A DNA stretch of 28,576 bases, from IMG/VR virus record IMGVR_UViG_3300030104_003748, positions 1 to 28,576 of that record. The stretch is one strand, 5' to 3'. Under the pieces are notes generated by a model. The model saw nothing but the letters and a program-made list of their open reading frames with translations, did no database searches and was not told where the DNA came from. The translations under genes and the position numbers were made by a program. How positions within the stretch are numbered: position 1 is the first letter of the stretch; the number at the start of each line of letters is the position of its first letter. Of the stretch, positions 1 to 8,743 are shown one piece after another. This DNA comes from a virus (lineage: Duplodnaviria > Caudoviricetes).

Positions 1-102
1 GAAGAAGTTGAGGTTGTAAAGAAAGAAGAAGTTGAAGAAACAATTACTGATGATGCAGTTCTTGAAGAAGTTGCAGTGAAAATAAATGATGCAACACCGG
101 AC
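1..102. repeat. Terminal direct repeat (assembly overlap of circular genome), copy 1
   Basis: 1-102 matches 28475-28576 except position 99 G vs 28573 A (CCG/CCA, both Pro). Confidence 0.97.
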
Positions 103-384
103 GAGGTTACAGAAGAAATTTCAAAAGAGGTTGCAAAAATTGTTGTTGACCATTTAGCAGAAAAAGTTGAAGAAGAGGTTGAAGTAAAAGAAGTTGAAAT
201 GTCGGCAGATGTTATGGGTGAGTTACTTACAAGACTTTCTGCAATAGAAGAAAAAATAACAGAATTAGATGAAATGCCATCAAGCAAAGGAGTTGAAATA
301 ACACCTACAAAGTTTGCGGCAAACAATGTTGATTTAGGCAAAATGTCAATCAATGAACGAGTTAAATACATAATGAATAACTAA
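1..384 (+). CDS. Capsid scaffolding protein, 3' part (gene starts at 28172 and crosses the junction; ~228 aa)
   Basis: Frame is continuous from ATG 28172 through the terminal overlap. Very acidic, with a predicted C-terminal coiled coil. Lies between the protease and the major capsid gene. Confidence 0.8.
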   Translation, partial: EEVEVVKKEEVEETITDDAVLEEVAVKINDATPDEVTEEISKEVAKIVVDHLAEKVEEEVEVKEVEMSADVMGELLTRLSAIEEKITELDEMPSSKGVEITPTKFAANNVDLGKMSINERVKYIMNN

Positions 385-396
385 TAATTTAAAAAA

Positions 397-1386
397 ATGA
401 AACGATTTAATTTATCTAAAAACAAAAAATATGACTTTGACATTACAATCAACAGTGATACTTACGCAGGTGAACAAGCGTTGCCCTATGTTAGAGCGGC
501 TCTAAGATCTCCAGACACTATTGCTAAAGGTTATGTCAGACAAATTGAAGGACTTAACAAGTCAGCAGTAATTTCAGAAATATCATCTTCAAACCCAATT
601 GTTGCGGCATCTTGTGGTTTTACAAGTGGTGCAAACACTTCAACAAGTGAGCAAATTCTTACGCTTACTGATTTGAAAGTCAACGAGCAAATTTGCCGAG
701 GCACAGTTTTCCCAACATGGTATGGACAAGGAATGGACAGAAATGGTAATTTGCCACAAGCATTTGGTGACTTCTTAATGGAAACAGTTGCAGCGAAAGC
801 AGCAGCTCAGTTAGAAATTGCTTTATGGCAAGGTGCTTCACCATTCGGAACTGGGTTTTTATCTGATGATGGAAACCAAGATGAGGCAGGTGCAGATGCA
901 AGTGCATTAAAAGACTTTAGTGAAGTTGATTTTGCTGATGCTTTAGCGGCGGCAGATATACTTACTGACATGGCAACAGTTTACAACAAAGTTGCTTCTG
1001 ACATCTCTGGTCTTTTAACTAAACCAGGTGCAGGGTTCTACATGAACAACAAAACTTATGGGTTCTACATTCAAGCATTAGCGGCGGCAGGAACAAATGG
1101 TGGTCAAACATCTGGATTTGGATTTGACAACAATGCAGATAATATCACTTACTTCGGCTACCCAATCTACAGATGCCCGGGAATGTTTAACGACACAATC
1201 GTATTTACATACCCAGAAAATTTAGTAGTAGGTTCTAACACGAACTCAGGATGGCAAGATGTGAGAATGATTCCATTATATGAATACGACGGAAGCGACA
1301 ACATTGCAGTTGTTATGCAGTTTGCAATGGGCGTTCAGACGGCGGTTGCAACAGATGGAGTTTACGGTTCAACTGTTTGGAGTTAA
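397..1386 (+). CDS. Major capsid protein
   Basis: 329 aa, follows protease and scaffold. N-terminal TYAGE..ALRS motif resembles capsid proteins of marine Bacteroidota phages. Followed by a terminator. Confidence 0.85.
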   Translation: MKRFNLSKNKKYDFDITINSDTYAGEQALPYVRAALRSPDTIAKGYVRQIEGLNKSAVISEISSSNPIVAASCGFTSGANTSTSEQILTLTDLKVNEQICRGTVFPTWYGQGMDRNGNLPQAFGDFLMETVAAKAAAQLEIALWQGASPFGTGFLSDDGNQDEAGADASALKDFSEVDFADALAAADILTDMATVYNKVASDISGLLTKPGAGFYMNNKTYGFYIQALAAAGTNGGQTSGFGFDNNADNITYFGYPIYRCPGMFNDTIVFTYPENLVVGSNTNSGWQDVRMIPLYEYDGSDNIAVVMQFAMGVQTAVATDGVYGSTVWS

Positions 1387-1403
1387 TAGATACTTTTTTA
1401 ATT

Positions 1404-1429
1404 GGGTGGTTGAAATATACCACCCTTTT
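1404..1429 (+). terminator. Intrinsic terminator after capsid gene
   Basis: GGGTGGT-tgaaatat-ACCACCC then TTTT. Confidence 0.75.
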
Positions 1430-1454
1430 ATATAACCTTTAATAAAATAAAATA

Positions 1455-2048
1455 ATGGCTAATAATTTATATAATTTTTCTTGCGACCTTTCTGCCGGGA
1501 GACTTGTTCCATGCAAGGATCAAATCGGGGGATTGAACAAGATTTATTTAATGCCTTACAGTGAAACTCTCTTTAATAAGTTTACAATTTCAAATAATGA
1601 AATTACAGAAATTGGAACATTAACAATTTTCAAGTATGATTTAAGACCGAACTCAAGTTCACTTACATCAACTTTTACTTCAAACCCTGTTAATGGAACA
1701 ACTTATTATGAGCAAACATTGGCGGTGTCTTTAAATAAAATCGTAAAAGAAGATTTAACACAACTAGACAAAGTATTAAAAGGACGTTGTCAAGTATTTG
1801 TTTTAGATGCAAATGACAATGTTTTTGCTCTAGGTGTTAGATTTGGTTGCGATGTGACAGCAGGTGCGATGGAAACAGGAACAGCGAAAGCGGACATGAG
1901 CGGATTCACATTAACTTTTACCTCACAAGAAACTGAGCAATACATAGTAAAAGCATCTAGTGGAAACCCAGCAGAAGCGTCTTATCCTTTTGATGGTATA
2001 GGAACACCGGGCAACATTACAATAACAGCAGGAACAACCCCTGTTTAA
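1455..2048 (+). CDS. Putative major tail (tube) protein
   Basis: 197 aa, beta-rich. Motifs CDLSAGR..PCKDQIGG and GT.KADMSGFTLTF. Directly after the capsid gene and followed by a strong terminator. Confidence 0.65.
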   Translation: MANNLYNFSCDLSAGRLVPCKDQIGGLNKIYLMPYSETLFNKFTISNNEITEIGTLTIFKYDLRPNSSSLTSTFTSNPVNGTTYYEQTLAVSLNKIVKEDLTQLDKVLKGRCQVFVLDANDNVFALGVRFGCDVTAGAMETGTAKADMSGFTLTFTSQETEQYIVKASSGNPAEASYPFDGIGTPGNITITAGTTPV

Positions 2049-2071
2049 AAAAACATATCTATTCTGTTTTT

Positions 2072-2102
2072 AAAAAGGAGTCTTTCGGGACTCTTTTTTT
2101 TT
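2072..2102 (+). terminator. Intrinsic terminator
   Basis: GGAGTCT-TTCG-GGACTCT followed by a long T run; UUCG loop. Confidence 0.9.
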
Positions 2103-2106
2103 AGTA

Positions 2107-2137
2107 AACAAAAAAGATTTATTTATATTTATAAAAA
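2107..2137 (+). promoter_or_regulatory. Putative phage late promoter, copy A
   Basis: AACAA...TTATATTTATAAAAA immediately after a terminator and before the portal operon. Confidence 0.75.
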
Positions 2138-2146
2138 AGAAACATC

Positions 2147-2311
2147 ATGATAAAAGTTAAAAAAGAATTTTTACAGGTTAAACCAACAGGATATAGAATA
2201 ACTTTGGGTGATATGAACCAAAACCAATTAAATGGTTTAAGTGAAAAATATCCAGATTATTTTGAAACAGCTAAAAAGAAAAAAAAGAATGATACAGTGG
2301 ACAAGGAATAA
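2147..2311 (+). CDS. Small hypothetical protein (54 aa, not in ORF track)
   Basis: MIKVKKEFLQ...KNDTVDKE*. Fills the gap behind late promoter A and overlaps the next start. Confidence 0.7.
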   Translation: MIKVKKEFLQVKPTGYRITLGDMNQNQLNGLSEKYPDYFETAKKKKKNDTVDKE

Positions 2312-2735
2312 CAGCACGTTAAACACAGCTAATTATATTTATGCGAATATATATAGCTTGATGACCGCAACAACTTATGCACCACTGATTGCAATTACAA
2401 GTCAATCAACAAATAAAACAAAGTATTTTTTGAGCGGGATTACAAATTATGACAAAAAAGACCGATATGTTTCAATGTTAATCAATGTTAGAAATAACGG
2501 AACAGAGGGTTTAACAGCAGGAGTCATAAGCATTGGTGACAAAGAATATCCTTATGGTTTTTACGATGTTACTATTTATCAAAATAATAACGCAACAAAC
2601 CTTGATCCTTCAAATGCTGTAAAAGTTTTATATAAAACAATGATGAATTTCAAAGCTGTAAACAATGATGGTGTTACATACACAGAATATGACAGCACGA
2701 TTTCATCACCAACATACATAACAAATACAATATAA
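2289..2735 (+). CDS. Putative virion structural protein (head/neck)
   Basis: ATG 2289 (MIQWTRNN) preferred over GTG 2241. Stop overlaps the portal start (TAATG). Confidence 0.55.
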   Translation: MIQWTRNNSTLNTANYIYANIYSLMTATTYAPLIAITSQSTNKTKYFLSGITNYDKKDRYVSMLINVRNNGTEGLTAGVISIGDKEYPYGFYDVTIYQNNNATNLDPSNAVKVLYKTMMNFKAVNNDGVTYTEYDSTISSPTYITNTI

Positions 2736-4984
2736 TGACTAAGAAGAAACAAAAAATGGACATGTCTGTTGTTGATTTATCACACTACAACATTCCCCAC
2801 ATAGTAGAAAGAGACAACAAAGATTATATAAGTTTTGGTCTTGATAATTTATATCCACAGTATTTGATTGAATTATTTACAAGCTCTGGTATTAATGGCG
2901 CAATAATAAAAGGTGTTTCATCAATGATTGCAGGAGACCAGAATGATACTTGTCAAGGTCTTGATGTTGTTGACAAGGATGAATTGGAAGGGGTTCAAAA
3001 AGAACAGTTTCTAAAATTCTCTAAATTATTAAAAACAGGTAGTAGAAACACAGTAAAAAATCTCGCTTTCGACCTTAAACTTTTTGGGACTTGCTATGTC
3101 AATGTGATTTGGAACAAGACAAAAACAGCAATTCATGAAATTAAACACATACCTTCACAATACATAAGAAGTGGCAAGGCAGATGCTTTTGGCAACATTA
3201 ATGAATACTATTATTCTTTTGATTGGAAAAATGAAAGGAAATATCCTGCACATGTAATAAAAGCATTTAACCCAGAGGACAGAACAGAAACAAGTCAATT
3301 ATTACAAATAAAAGAATACAATCCACAATCATTTTATTATGGAATACCAGACTACGTTGGCGGGACTGATTATATTCAGTTGGATATGAGCATCGCTGAA
3401 TTGCATCTCGCCAATATAGAAAACAATTTCATGCCTTCTTGCATGGTTAATTTTGCAAACGGAATACCGACAGATGAAGAAAGACAAGAAGTTGAAAGAC
3501 GTTTAAATGCTAAGTTCTCAGGATCAGGCAACAGCGGCAAGCTGATAATTACATTCAACGAGGGCAAAGACACAGCACCAGAAATTGTTCCTTTAAATAC
3601 AGGAGACAATGATGACAAGTATCAATTTTTGTCAAGTGAGGTTTCAAGAAAAATTTTAACAGCACACAGAGTGACTTCACCTTTGCTTTTTGGTGTCAAA
3701 AGCGATGGCTCTGGTTTTGGTAACAATGCAGACGAACTTAGAGATTCATACAGCTTGTTTAATAATACTTGCATTAAACCCTTCCAAATGACTATTTTAG
3801 AGGGCTTAGATAAATTATTTAGAATAAATGGTATAGATAGTTTAGACATTTATTTTAAGACGCTTAAACCGGCTGATTTCTTAGACTTGGATTCTATTGA
3901 TGCCATCGACGAACAAGACGCAGGTGTTGATATTGGTGATGAAACGATTGAGCAAATGCAGGATATTATTTCTAGACATAAAAAAAAAAGACAATTTAAA
4001 GCGGTAAGTGACATTAACACAAAACCTACAAAAGGAATGGTTGCAGAAGCAAAAAAGGGTTTAAAGTGGAGAAAAGAATATAAAAGAGGGGGCACAGAAG
4101 TGGGTGTTGCAAGAGCAAGAGATATATCAAATGGCAAAAATTTAAGCGTCAGCACAATAAAAAGAATGAACAGTTTCTTTGCTAGACATGAAAGCGATAA
4201 AACAGGCAAGGGTTATAAAATAGGTGAAGAGGGTTTTCCCTCAGCAGGACGGATTGCGTGGGCATTATGGGGTGGTGATGCAGGACAATCTTGGGCGAAG
4301 AAAAAAGTCAAAGAAATAAATAGTTTGAAAAATGACTTGACTGACGAAGAGTTTCATGAAATTTTCGATAACCTAGAAGGACAAGAAATGGACAAGAAGT
4401 GGGTTGTTGTGGATGAAAAAGACGAGGGTGATCTTGAGAGCATTAGTTCTTGGGTGTCAAGAAAAATAAGAAAAAGAAAAGATTTCGGTGGTGTCATAGA
4501 TGCACAACCAGACAATGTTTATGATTTCAGTTATTTAGACAAATCATTTTATAGAATAAGGTTTAGATATGTGAGAGCGGACTTTAGCACTTCATCTAGT
4601 TCAAGACAATTTTGTCAAAACATGATGGCACAGAGCAACATGGTTTACAGAATTGAAGATATTGACAAAGCAAAACGTGATGGTGTAAATAGTGAATTTG
4701 GACACAAAGGAAAGCCATACGATCTTTTCCGTTACAAAGGGGGACCCTTTTGCAAACACGCATGGCGCATGGTTTTATATAGATTAGAAGAACAAACAAT
4801 TTCTATTGATGAAGGTGTTGAGAATGTTGAAATAATAGGTCAATATGAAGAAGTTCCAAGCATTCCAAAGTCATACATACCAAGTCCTTGGGGGTGGAAA
4901 AAAGAAGCACAAGTTGCACCGAATCAAATGGGTGAAGGACGAGGACGTTATCCAGGTTGGCAAAAAAGAAAAGATAAAATTTAA
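2735..4984 (+). CDS. Portal protein with long C-terminal accessory domains
   Basis: N-terminal ~380 aa has portal-like motifs (FG.DNLYPQYL, YYG.PDY, IL.AHRVTSPLLFG). C-terminal part has AWALWGGDAG and KGGPFCKHAW modules. Confidence 0.85.
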   Translation: MTKKKQKMDMSVVDLSHYNIPHIVERDNKDYISFGLDNLYPQYLIELFTSSGINGAIIKGVSSMIAGDQNDTCQGLDVVDKDELEGVQKEQFLKFSKLLKTGSRNTVKNLAFDLKLFGTCYVNVIWNKTKTAIHEIKHIPSQYIRSGKADAFGNINEYYYSFDWKNERKYPAHVIKAFNPEDRTETSQLLQIKEYNPQSFYYGIPDYVGGTDYIQLDMSIAELHLANIENNFMPSCMVNFANGIPTDEERQEVERRLNAKFSGSGNSGKLIITFNEGKDTAPEIVPLNTGDNDDKYQFLSSEVSRKILTAHRVTSPLLFGVKSDGSGFGNNADELRDSYSLFNNTCIKPFQMTILEGLDKLFRINGIDSLDIYFKTLKPADFLDLDSIDAIDEQDAGVDIGDETIEQMQDIISRHKKKRQFKAVSDINTKPTKGMVAEAKKGLKWRKEYKRGGTEVGVARARDISNGKNLSVSTIKRMNSFFARHESDKTGKGYKIGEEGFPSAGRIAWALWGGDAGQSWAKKKVKEINSLKNDLTDEEFHEIFDNLEGQEMDKKWVVVDEKDEGDLESISSWVSRKIRKRKDFGGVIDAQPDNVYDFSYLDKSFYRIRFRYVRADFSTSSSSRQFCQNMMAQSNMVYRIEDIDKAKRDGVNSEFGHKGKPYDLFRYKGGPFCKHAWRMVLYRLEEQTISIDEGVENVEIIGQYEEVPSIPKSYIPSPWGWKKEAQVAPNQMGEGRGRYPGWQKRKDKI

Positions 4985-4995
4985 AATAAAAAAAT

Positions 4996-5565
4996 ATGGC
5001 AGTAACACATACACTTTTAATTAGTGCGGACACACTAAAACAAAACACAACGATTTCACAAGCAATTGATGAAAACTTAATTCACCCCGTGATTTTAATG
5101 GCACAGGACAGATACATCCTGCCCGTTCTTGGAACTGATTTATTTGACAAATTAAAAACAGAAATATCTGGAACACCCTCTGGAGTTTATTTAACACTGT
5201 TGAAAGATCATGTGCAAAAGTGTTTATGTCAATTTACTTTGGCTACACTATATCCTGTGCTTCGTATTAGAGCAACAAATCACAGCATGGTGCAAATGAA
5301 CAATGAGCAGGGCAATTCAGTTAGTGCCGAAGAGATGCAACCTCTTGTAGACACAGCTTTGGATATGGCGGAATTTTACAGACAGAGAATGATTGACTAT
5401 TTAGTCTATAACACAGATTCTTTTCCAGAGTATTCATCAAACAGTGGTGCAGACATGCAACCAACAACAAGAAATTATTACAGCGGCATCAATATGGAGT
5501 CTAATATAAATGACAAAGAACTAAGACAGTTGCTTTCTTATATTGGTGTAAAAAATGTGTGCTAA
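4996..5565 (+). CDS. Putative head-tail adaptor protein
   Basis: 189 aa helical protein directly after the portal; AQD.YI.PVLGT.LF motif. Confidence 0.6.
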   Translation: MAVTHTLLISADTLKQNTTISQAIDENLIHPVILMAQDRYILPVLGTDLFDKLKTEISGTPSGVYLTLLKDHVQKCLCQFTLATLYPVLRIRATNHSMVQMNNEQGNSVSAEEMQPLVDTALDMAEFYRQRMIDYLVYNTDSFPEYSSNSGADMQPTTRNYYSGINMESNINDKELRQLLSYIGVKNVC

Positions 5566-5694
5566 ATGAGAGGTAAATACAAAACAAAGTTTTCAGTAGG
5601 GAATTTTAAGAAACTAAAAAAATATATTAAAAAACTAAGCAATGGCAAATCAAAGACTTACAGACAAAACAGCACTCACACAACAGGTAGGTAG
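5566..5694 (+). CDS. Small basic hypothetical protein (42 aa, not in ORF track)
   Basis: MRGKYKTKFSVGNFKKLKKYIKK... ATG directly follows the previous stop and the ORF fills the gap. Confidence 0.45.
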   Translation: MRGKYKTKFSVGNFKKLKKYIKKLSNGKSKTYRQNSTHTTGR

Positions 5695-6178
5695 TGGCGA
5701 CCTATTAATGGTTGTTGACGTAAATGACAGCACAGGATCCGCACAAGGAACTTCGAAGCAAATGGATTTTAAATACCTTTTGCAAACAGATAAAATTTCT
5801 GTTAGCAATGCCGAGGTTTTGGATTTAGATGCTAACGAAAAAGTATTAGTGGGTGCATTGAGTGGTTATATGGTAAATGTTATTAATGTTACTGTTTTAA
5901 CAACCTACGCATCTTCAACTGAAAGTGCTAGAAAAGCATTACTTTTTGGGTTTGATGACAGTAGTGATTCTTATTATTGGGCGGTGATGCCTAGCTTTAT
6001 GGATAGTCTTACCGCTGATGGCACTTACATTGCACAAGCAAAAGACTCTGTAACCGCACCAACATTAAACGCATCAATTCTAAATAAACCCTTTGTTTGT
6101 TGGGCGGAAGGAACTGGATTTAACGGGGGGTGGTCAATGGACATTTATGTGACTTATTCTTACACTAAGATAATATGA
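5642..6178 (+). CDS. Putative fibre/minor virion protein
   Basis: N-terminus MANQRLTDKTALT..GDLLMVVD resembles fibre-attachment N-termini; beta-rich C-terminal domain. Confidence 0.5.
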   Translation: MANQRLTDKTALTQQVGSGDLLMVVDVNDSTGSAQGTSKQMDFKYLLQTDKISVSNAEVLDLDANEKVLVGALSGYMVNVINVTVLTTYASSTESARKALLFGFDDSSDSYYWAVMPSFMDSLTADGTYIAQAKDSVTAPTLNASILNKPFVCWAEGTGFNGGWSMDIYVTYSYTKII

Positions 6179-7194
6179 TTAAGTATTTGTTTTTTATACC
6201 ATTTTTGGCTTTAGGTCAATTCTATAAATACTCTACTATTTATGGCGGTATGTCTTTAAACTCTACAATAGCACCAATAGAAACATATCAATATGTTAAC
6301 AATCAGTTAATAGAAACAACACCAGATGACGGTGCAAATTATCGTTATTTTATAGGTGTGAAAAAACTGTCACGATTTAAGTTTGAAAAGAAACCTAAAT
6401 TTTACTATGACGGAACAGAAAAAAATGCTAGTATATTTCGATCACCTGTTGACAATTTTGAGTATTTATTACAATATGAAAAGATAAAACAGTTTGGCAG
6501 AGAATATGAAAACCACAATATATGGCTTAGATACATAGGACATTTTACAAGTATAAAAATAGAGTCATCAAACAATGGCTATATTGACTTGCAGTATAAA
6601 GCACTAGATTTACGCTTAAAAGCTGATTTAGGTGGCTTTAGAGGGACTTTTGGGAGTGTGGTGAGGTATCACCCTGTATATGGCTTAGATGTCTTTAAAA
6701 GAGACTTTCCAAATTACAATGATTTTGAGGATGTTGCAAATCAACTTGGATATAATAAAGAATTTTATTTTATAGACACAAACCAAAATGGTCATTTAGA
6801 CAGGTTAGAACAATCGTTCTTTAGATGGTTATTTGGTGACAGTGTGGTTGCACAGAACACAGCGCAGTTTCAACAGTATTATGCAACAATTCCTGCAAGA
6901 TATAACAGAGAGAAATTGGCAGAGATAGGAAACCAATACACACTTTCTGGTGTGGTTGGCTTGTCTTATTATAAGTATTTAAACAACTTCTTTGTTTTGG
7001 CTTATGGCAATTACTTTTTTATAAGTGAAAAAATAACAGAATACGGATCAACAACAAATGACTTTGATTTTGGTTTAATAGGAAACTTAAAACTAACCAA
7101 AACATTGTCAATATATACTCAATTAGAATATCTAAGATATTTTGAAAGAGAAAATTACAATATAAACATTGGTGTTAACTTTATAATAATATAA
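6175..7194 (+). CDS. Exported protein, possible outer-membrane beta-barrel
   Basis: Short signal peptide (MIKYLFFIPFLALGQ). Tyr/Phe-rich alternating strands. Ends NINIGVNFIII. Confidence 0.5.
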   Translation: MIKYLFFIPFLALGQFYKYSTIYGGMSLNSTIAPIETYQYVNNQLIETTPDDGANYRYFIGVKKLSRFKFEKKPKFYYDGTEKNASIFRSPVDNFEYLLQYEKIKQFGREYENHNIWLRYIGHFTSIKIESSNNGYIDLQYKALDLRLKADLGGFRGTFGSVVRYHPVYGLDVFKRDFPNYNDFEDVANQLGYNKEFYFIDTNQNGHLDRLEQSFFRWLFGDSVVAQNTAQFQQYYATIPARYNREKLAEIGNQYTLSGVVGLSYYKYLNNFFVLAYGNYFFISEKITEYGSTTNDFDFGLIGNLKLTKTLSIYTQLEYLRYFERENYNINIGVNFIII

Positions 7195-7197
7195 AAT

Positions 7198-7284
7198 ATG
7201 AAAAAATTAATGTGTAAAATAATTAAGTTTTTAACTTTTGGCAACTGTTGCGCAAACTGTTGTGATAAAAAATGTAAAAAATGA
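7198..7284 (+). CDS. Cys-rich micro-protein (28 aa, not in ORF track)
   Basis: MKKLMCKIIKFLTFGNCCANCCDKKCKK*. Fills the gap exactly, with ATGA overlap to the next gene. Confidence 0.65.
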   Translation: MKKLMCKIIKFLTFGNCCANCCDKKCKK

Positions 7285-7562
7285 AAACCATAAATGAAAA
7301 TACGAATGTCAATCTTGATTTAAAAACAATTGGTTTAATTGTGACAATGGCAATTTCTGTTTCTGGCACATATTTTACTTTAAAAGCTGATATTGACGAA
7401 AACAAAAAAGCACTAGAAAATGGCAACTGGGTTTCATCAACCGAATACCAGCTAAAGGACGAATTAGTGCGCACCACGATAATGTCTAATAGCGACAAAT
7501 TGGATGCAATAGAAAGCAAATTAAATATCATAGATGACAGAATTTATAAATTAAATGAATAA
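7281..7562 (+). CDS. Single-TM coiled-coil protein (holin/spanin-like)
   Basis: One hydrophobic helix then heptad-like C-terminus; in the lysis region. Confidence 0.5.
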   Translation: MKTINENTNVNLDLKTIGLIVTMAISVSGTYFTLKADIDENKKALENGNWVSSTEYQLKDELVRTTIMSNSDKLDAIESKLNIIDDRIYKLNE

Positions 7563-7905
7563 TATGACAACCGGAAATTTAGTTTTAATTATGCTCGGCT
7601 TCTTGTTTTTTATCTTTGGTGTTTGCTGTGGACAAGTTGAGGTTATACATTTTAATGGTGAGTGGAATAAATCAAATGATTATGACATAACCAATTTAAA
7701 AGACTGTAAAACACAAAATGTCACTATTTGTCACGAACCCAAGTTAAAACAAGAACACAAAATTATTTCAGTTCCGACAATCATAGTTTTTGATGAGGGT
7801 TTTGAGGTCGTGAGATTTGTGGCAAATATAATGATGGAACTTGATATAAAAGACAAAGAGATACAAAAGGAGATTGATAAAATAAATTTAAAGAAGTTTG
7901 AATGA
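7555..7905 (+). CDS. Exported thioredoxin-like protein lacking CxxC
   Basis: Hydrophobic N-terminus. HFNGEWN sits where FxAxWC would be. ISVPTIIVF..G.EV.RF cis-Pro motif present. Confidence 0.6.
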   Translation: MNNMTTGNLVLIMLGFLFFIFGVCCGQVEVIHFNGEWNKSNDYDITNLKDCKTQNVTICHEPKLKQEHKIISVPTIIVFDEGFEVVRFVANIMMELDIKDKEIQKEIDKINLKKFE

Positions 7906-8366
7906 GATTAACAAGCAATTTTTATTTATCTGAGTTCACACGTTCTGCAACTGCATTGCGATTGGATTTAGATAATACACCAAATAAAAGTCAAATAAAA
8001 AATATAATTTATTTGTGTGAAAATGTGTTGCAACCATGTCGAGATATAATTGGTGCGGTTCGCATAACCTCTGGTTATCGCAGTCCAGAATTGTGCAAAG
8101 CAATAGGATCAAAAAAAACAAGTCAGCATACAAAGGGCGAAGCGGTTGACATACAGTATCACAGAGATGGAATAATGAATAACAAACTTTTAATGGACAC
8201 TATAATTCAAAATTGTGAGTTTGACCAATTAATAGAAGAGTTTACTTACTCTTGGATTCATGTGTCTTATAGTCACAAGAACAATAGAAAACAAATTTTA
8301 AAAGCATATAAAGACGAAGGAAAAACAAAATACTCAGATATAACAAGAAACTATATTGCACTATGA
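7902..8366 (+). CDS. Endolysin, peptidase M15 family
   Basis: SGYRS, SQH..GEAVD and WIHVS zinc-peptidase motifs. Confidence 0.9.
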   Translation: MRLTSNFYLSEFTRSATALRLDLDNTPNKSQIKNIIYLCENVLQPCRDIIGAVRITSGYRSPELCKAIGSKKTSQHTKGEAVDIQYHRDGIMNNKLLMDTIIQNCEFDQLIEEFTYSWIHVSYSHKNNRKQILKAYKDEGKTKYSDITRNYIAL

Positions 8367-8743
8367 ACTTTTTAAATAAATTATTTGGCAACTTAAACCT
8401 TGATGTGAATAACTTGGTTGATAACTTAACAACTACGACCGAAGAAAAAAAGGAATTAAAAATTAAATTTGAAGCATTGTTCTTAGAAGCAAAAGCAAAA
8501 GCAGAAGAACAAATTACAAGAAGGTGGGAATCTGATAACAAAGCTGGTTGGCTTCCCGCAAACATCAGACCTTTGACATTAGCTTTTTTAGTAGTATCAA
8601 CAGTATTGCTAATTTTTATTGAGGGTGGTGTCATAAAGTTTGATGTCAAAAGTAACTGGATAGATTTATTACAGCTTGTTTTGATTACGGTGATTGGTGC
8701 CTACTTTGGTGGGCGAAGTATAGAAAAAGTGACAAGAAAATAA
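8363..8743 (+). CDS. Holin (GTA 3TM-holin-like)
   Basis: RW.SD...WL..NIRP motif, hydrophobic helices, AYFGGRS.EK ending; adjacent to the endolysin. Confidence 0.8.
   Translation: MNFLNKLFGNLNLDVNNLVDNLTTTTEEKKELKIKFEALFLEAKAKAEEQITRRWESDNKAGWLPANIRPLTLAFLVVSTVLLIFIEGGVIKFDVKSNWIDLLQLVLITVIGAYFGGRSIEKVTRK

Noticed and set aside
1-102. Biological terminal repeat of the virion DNA
   Set aside because: It falls mid-gene and is best explained as assembly overlap; the PBSX/SPP1-like TerL suggests headful packaging
7611-7618. Intragenic TAnnTTTG matches (also 9333, 10281, 24720)
   Set aside because: Inside coding sequence with no adjacent operon start; expected by chance in AT-rich DNA
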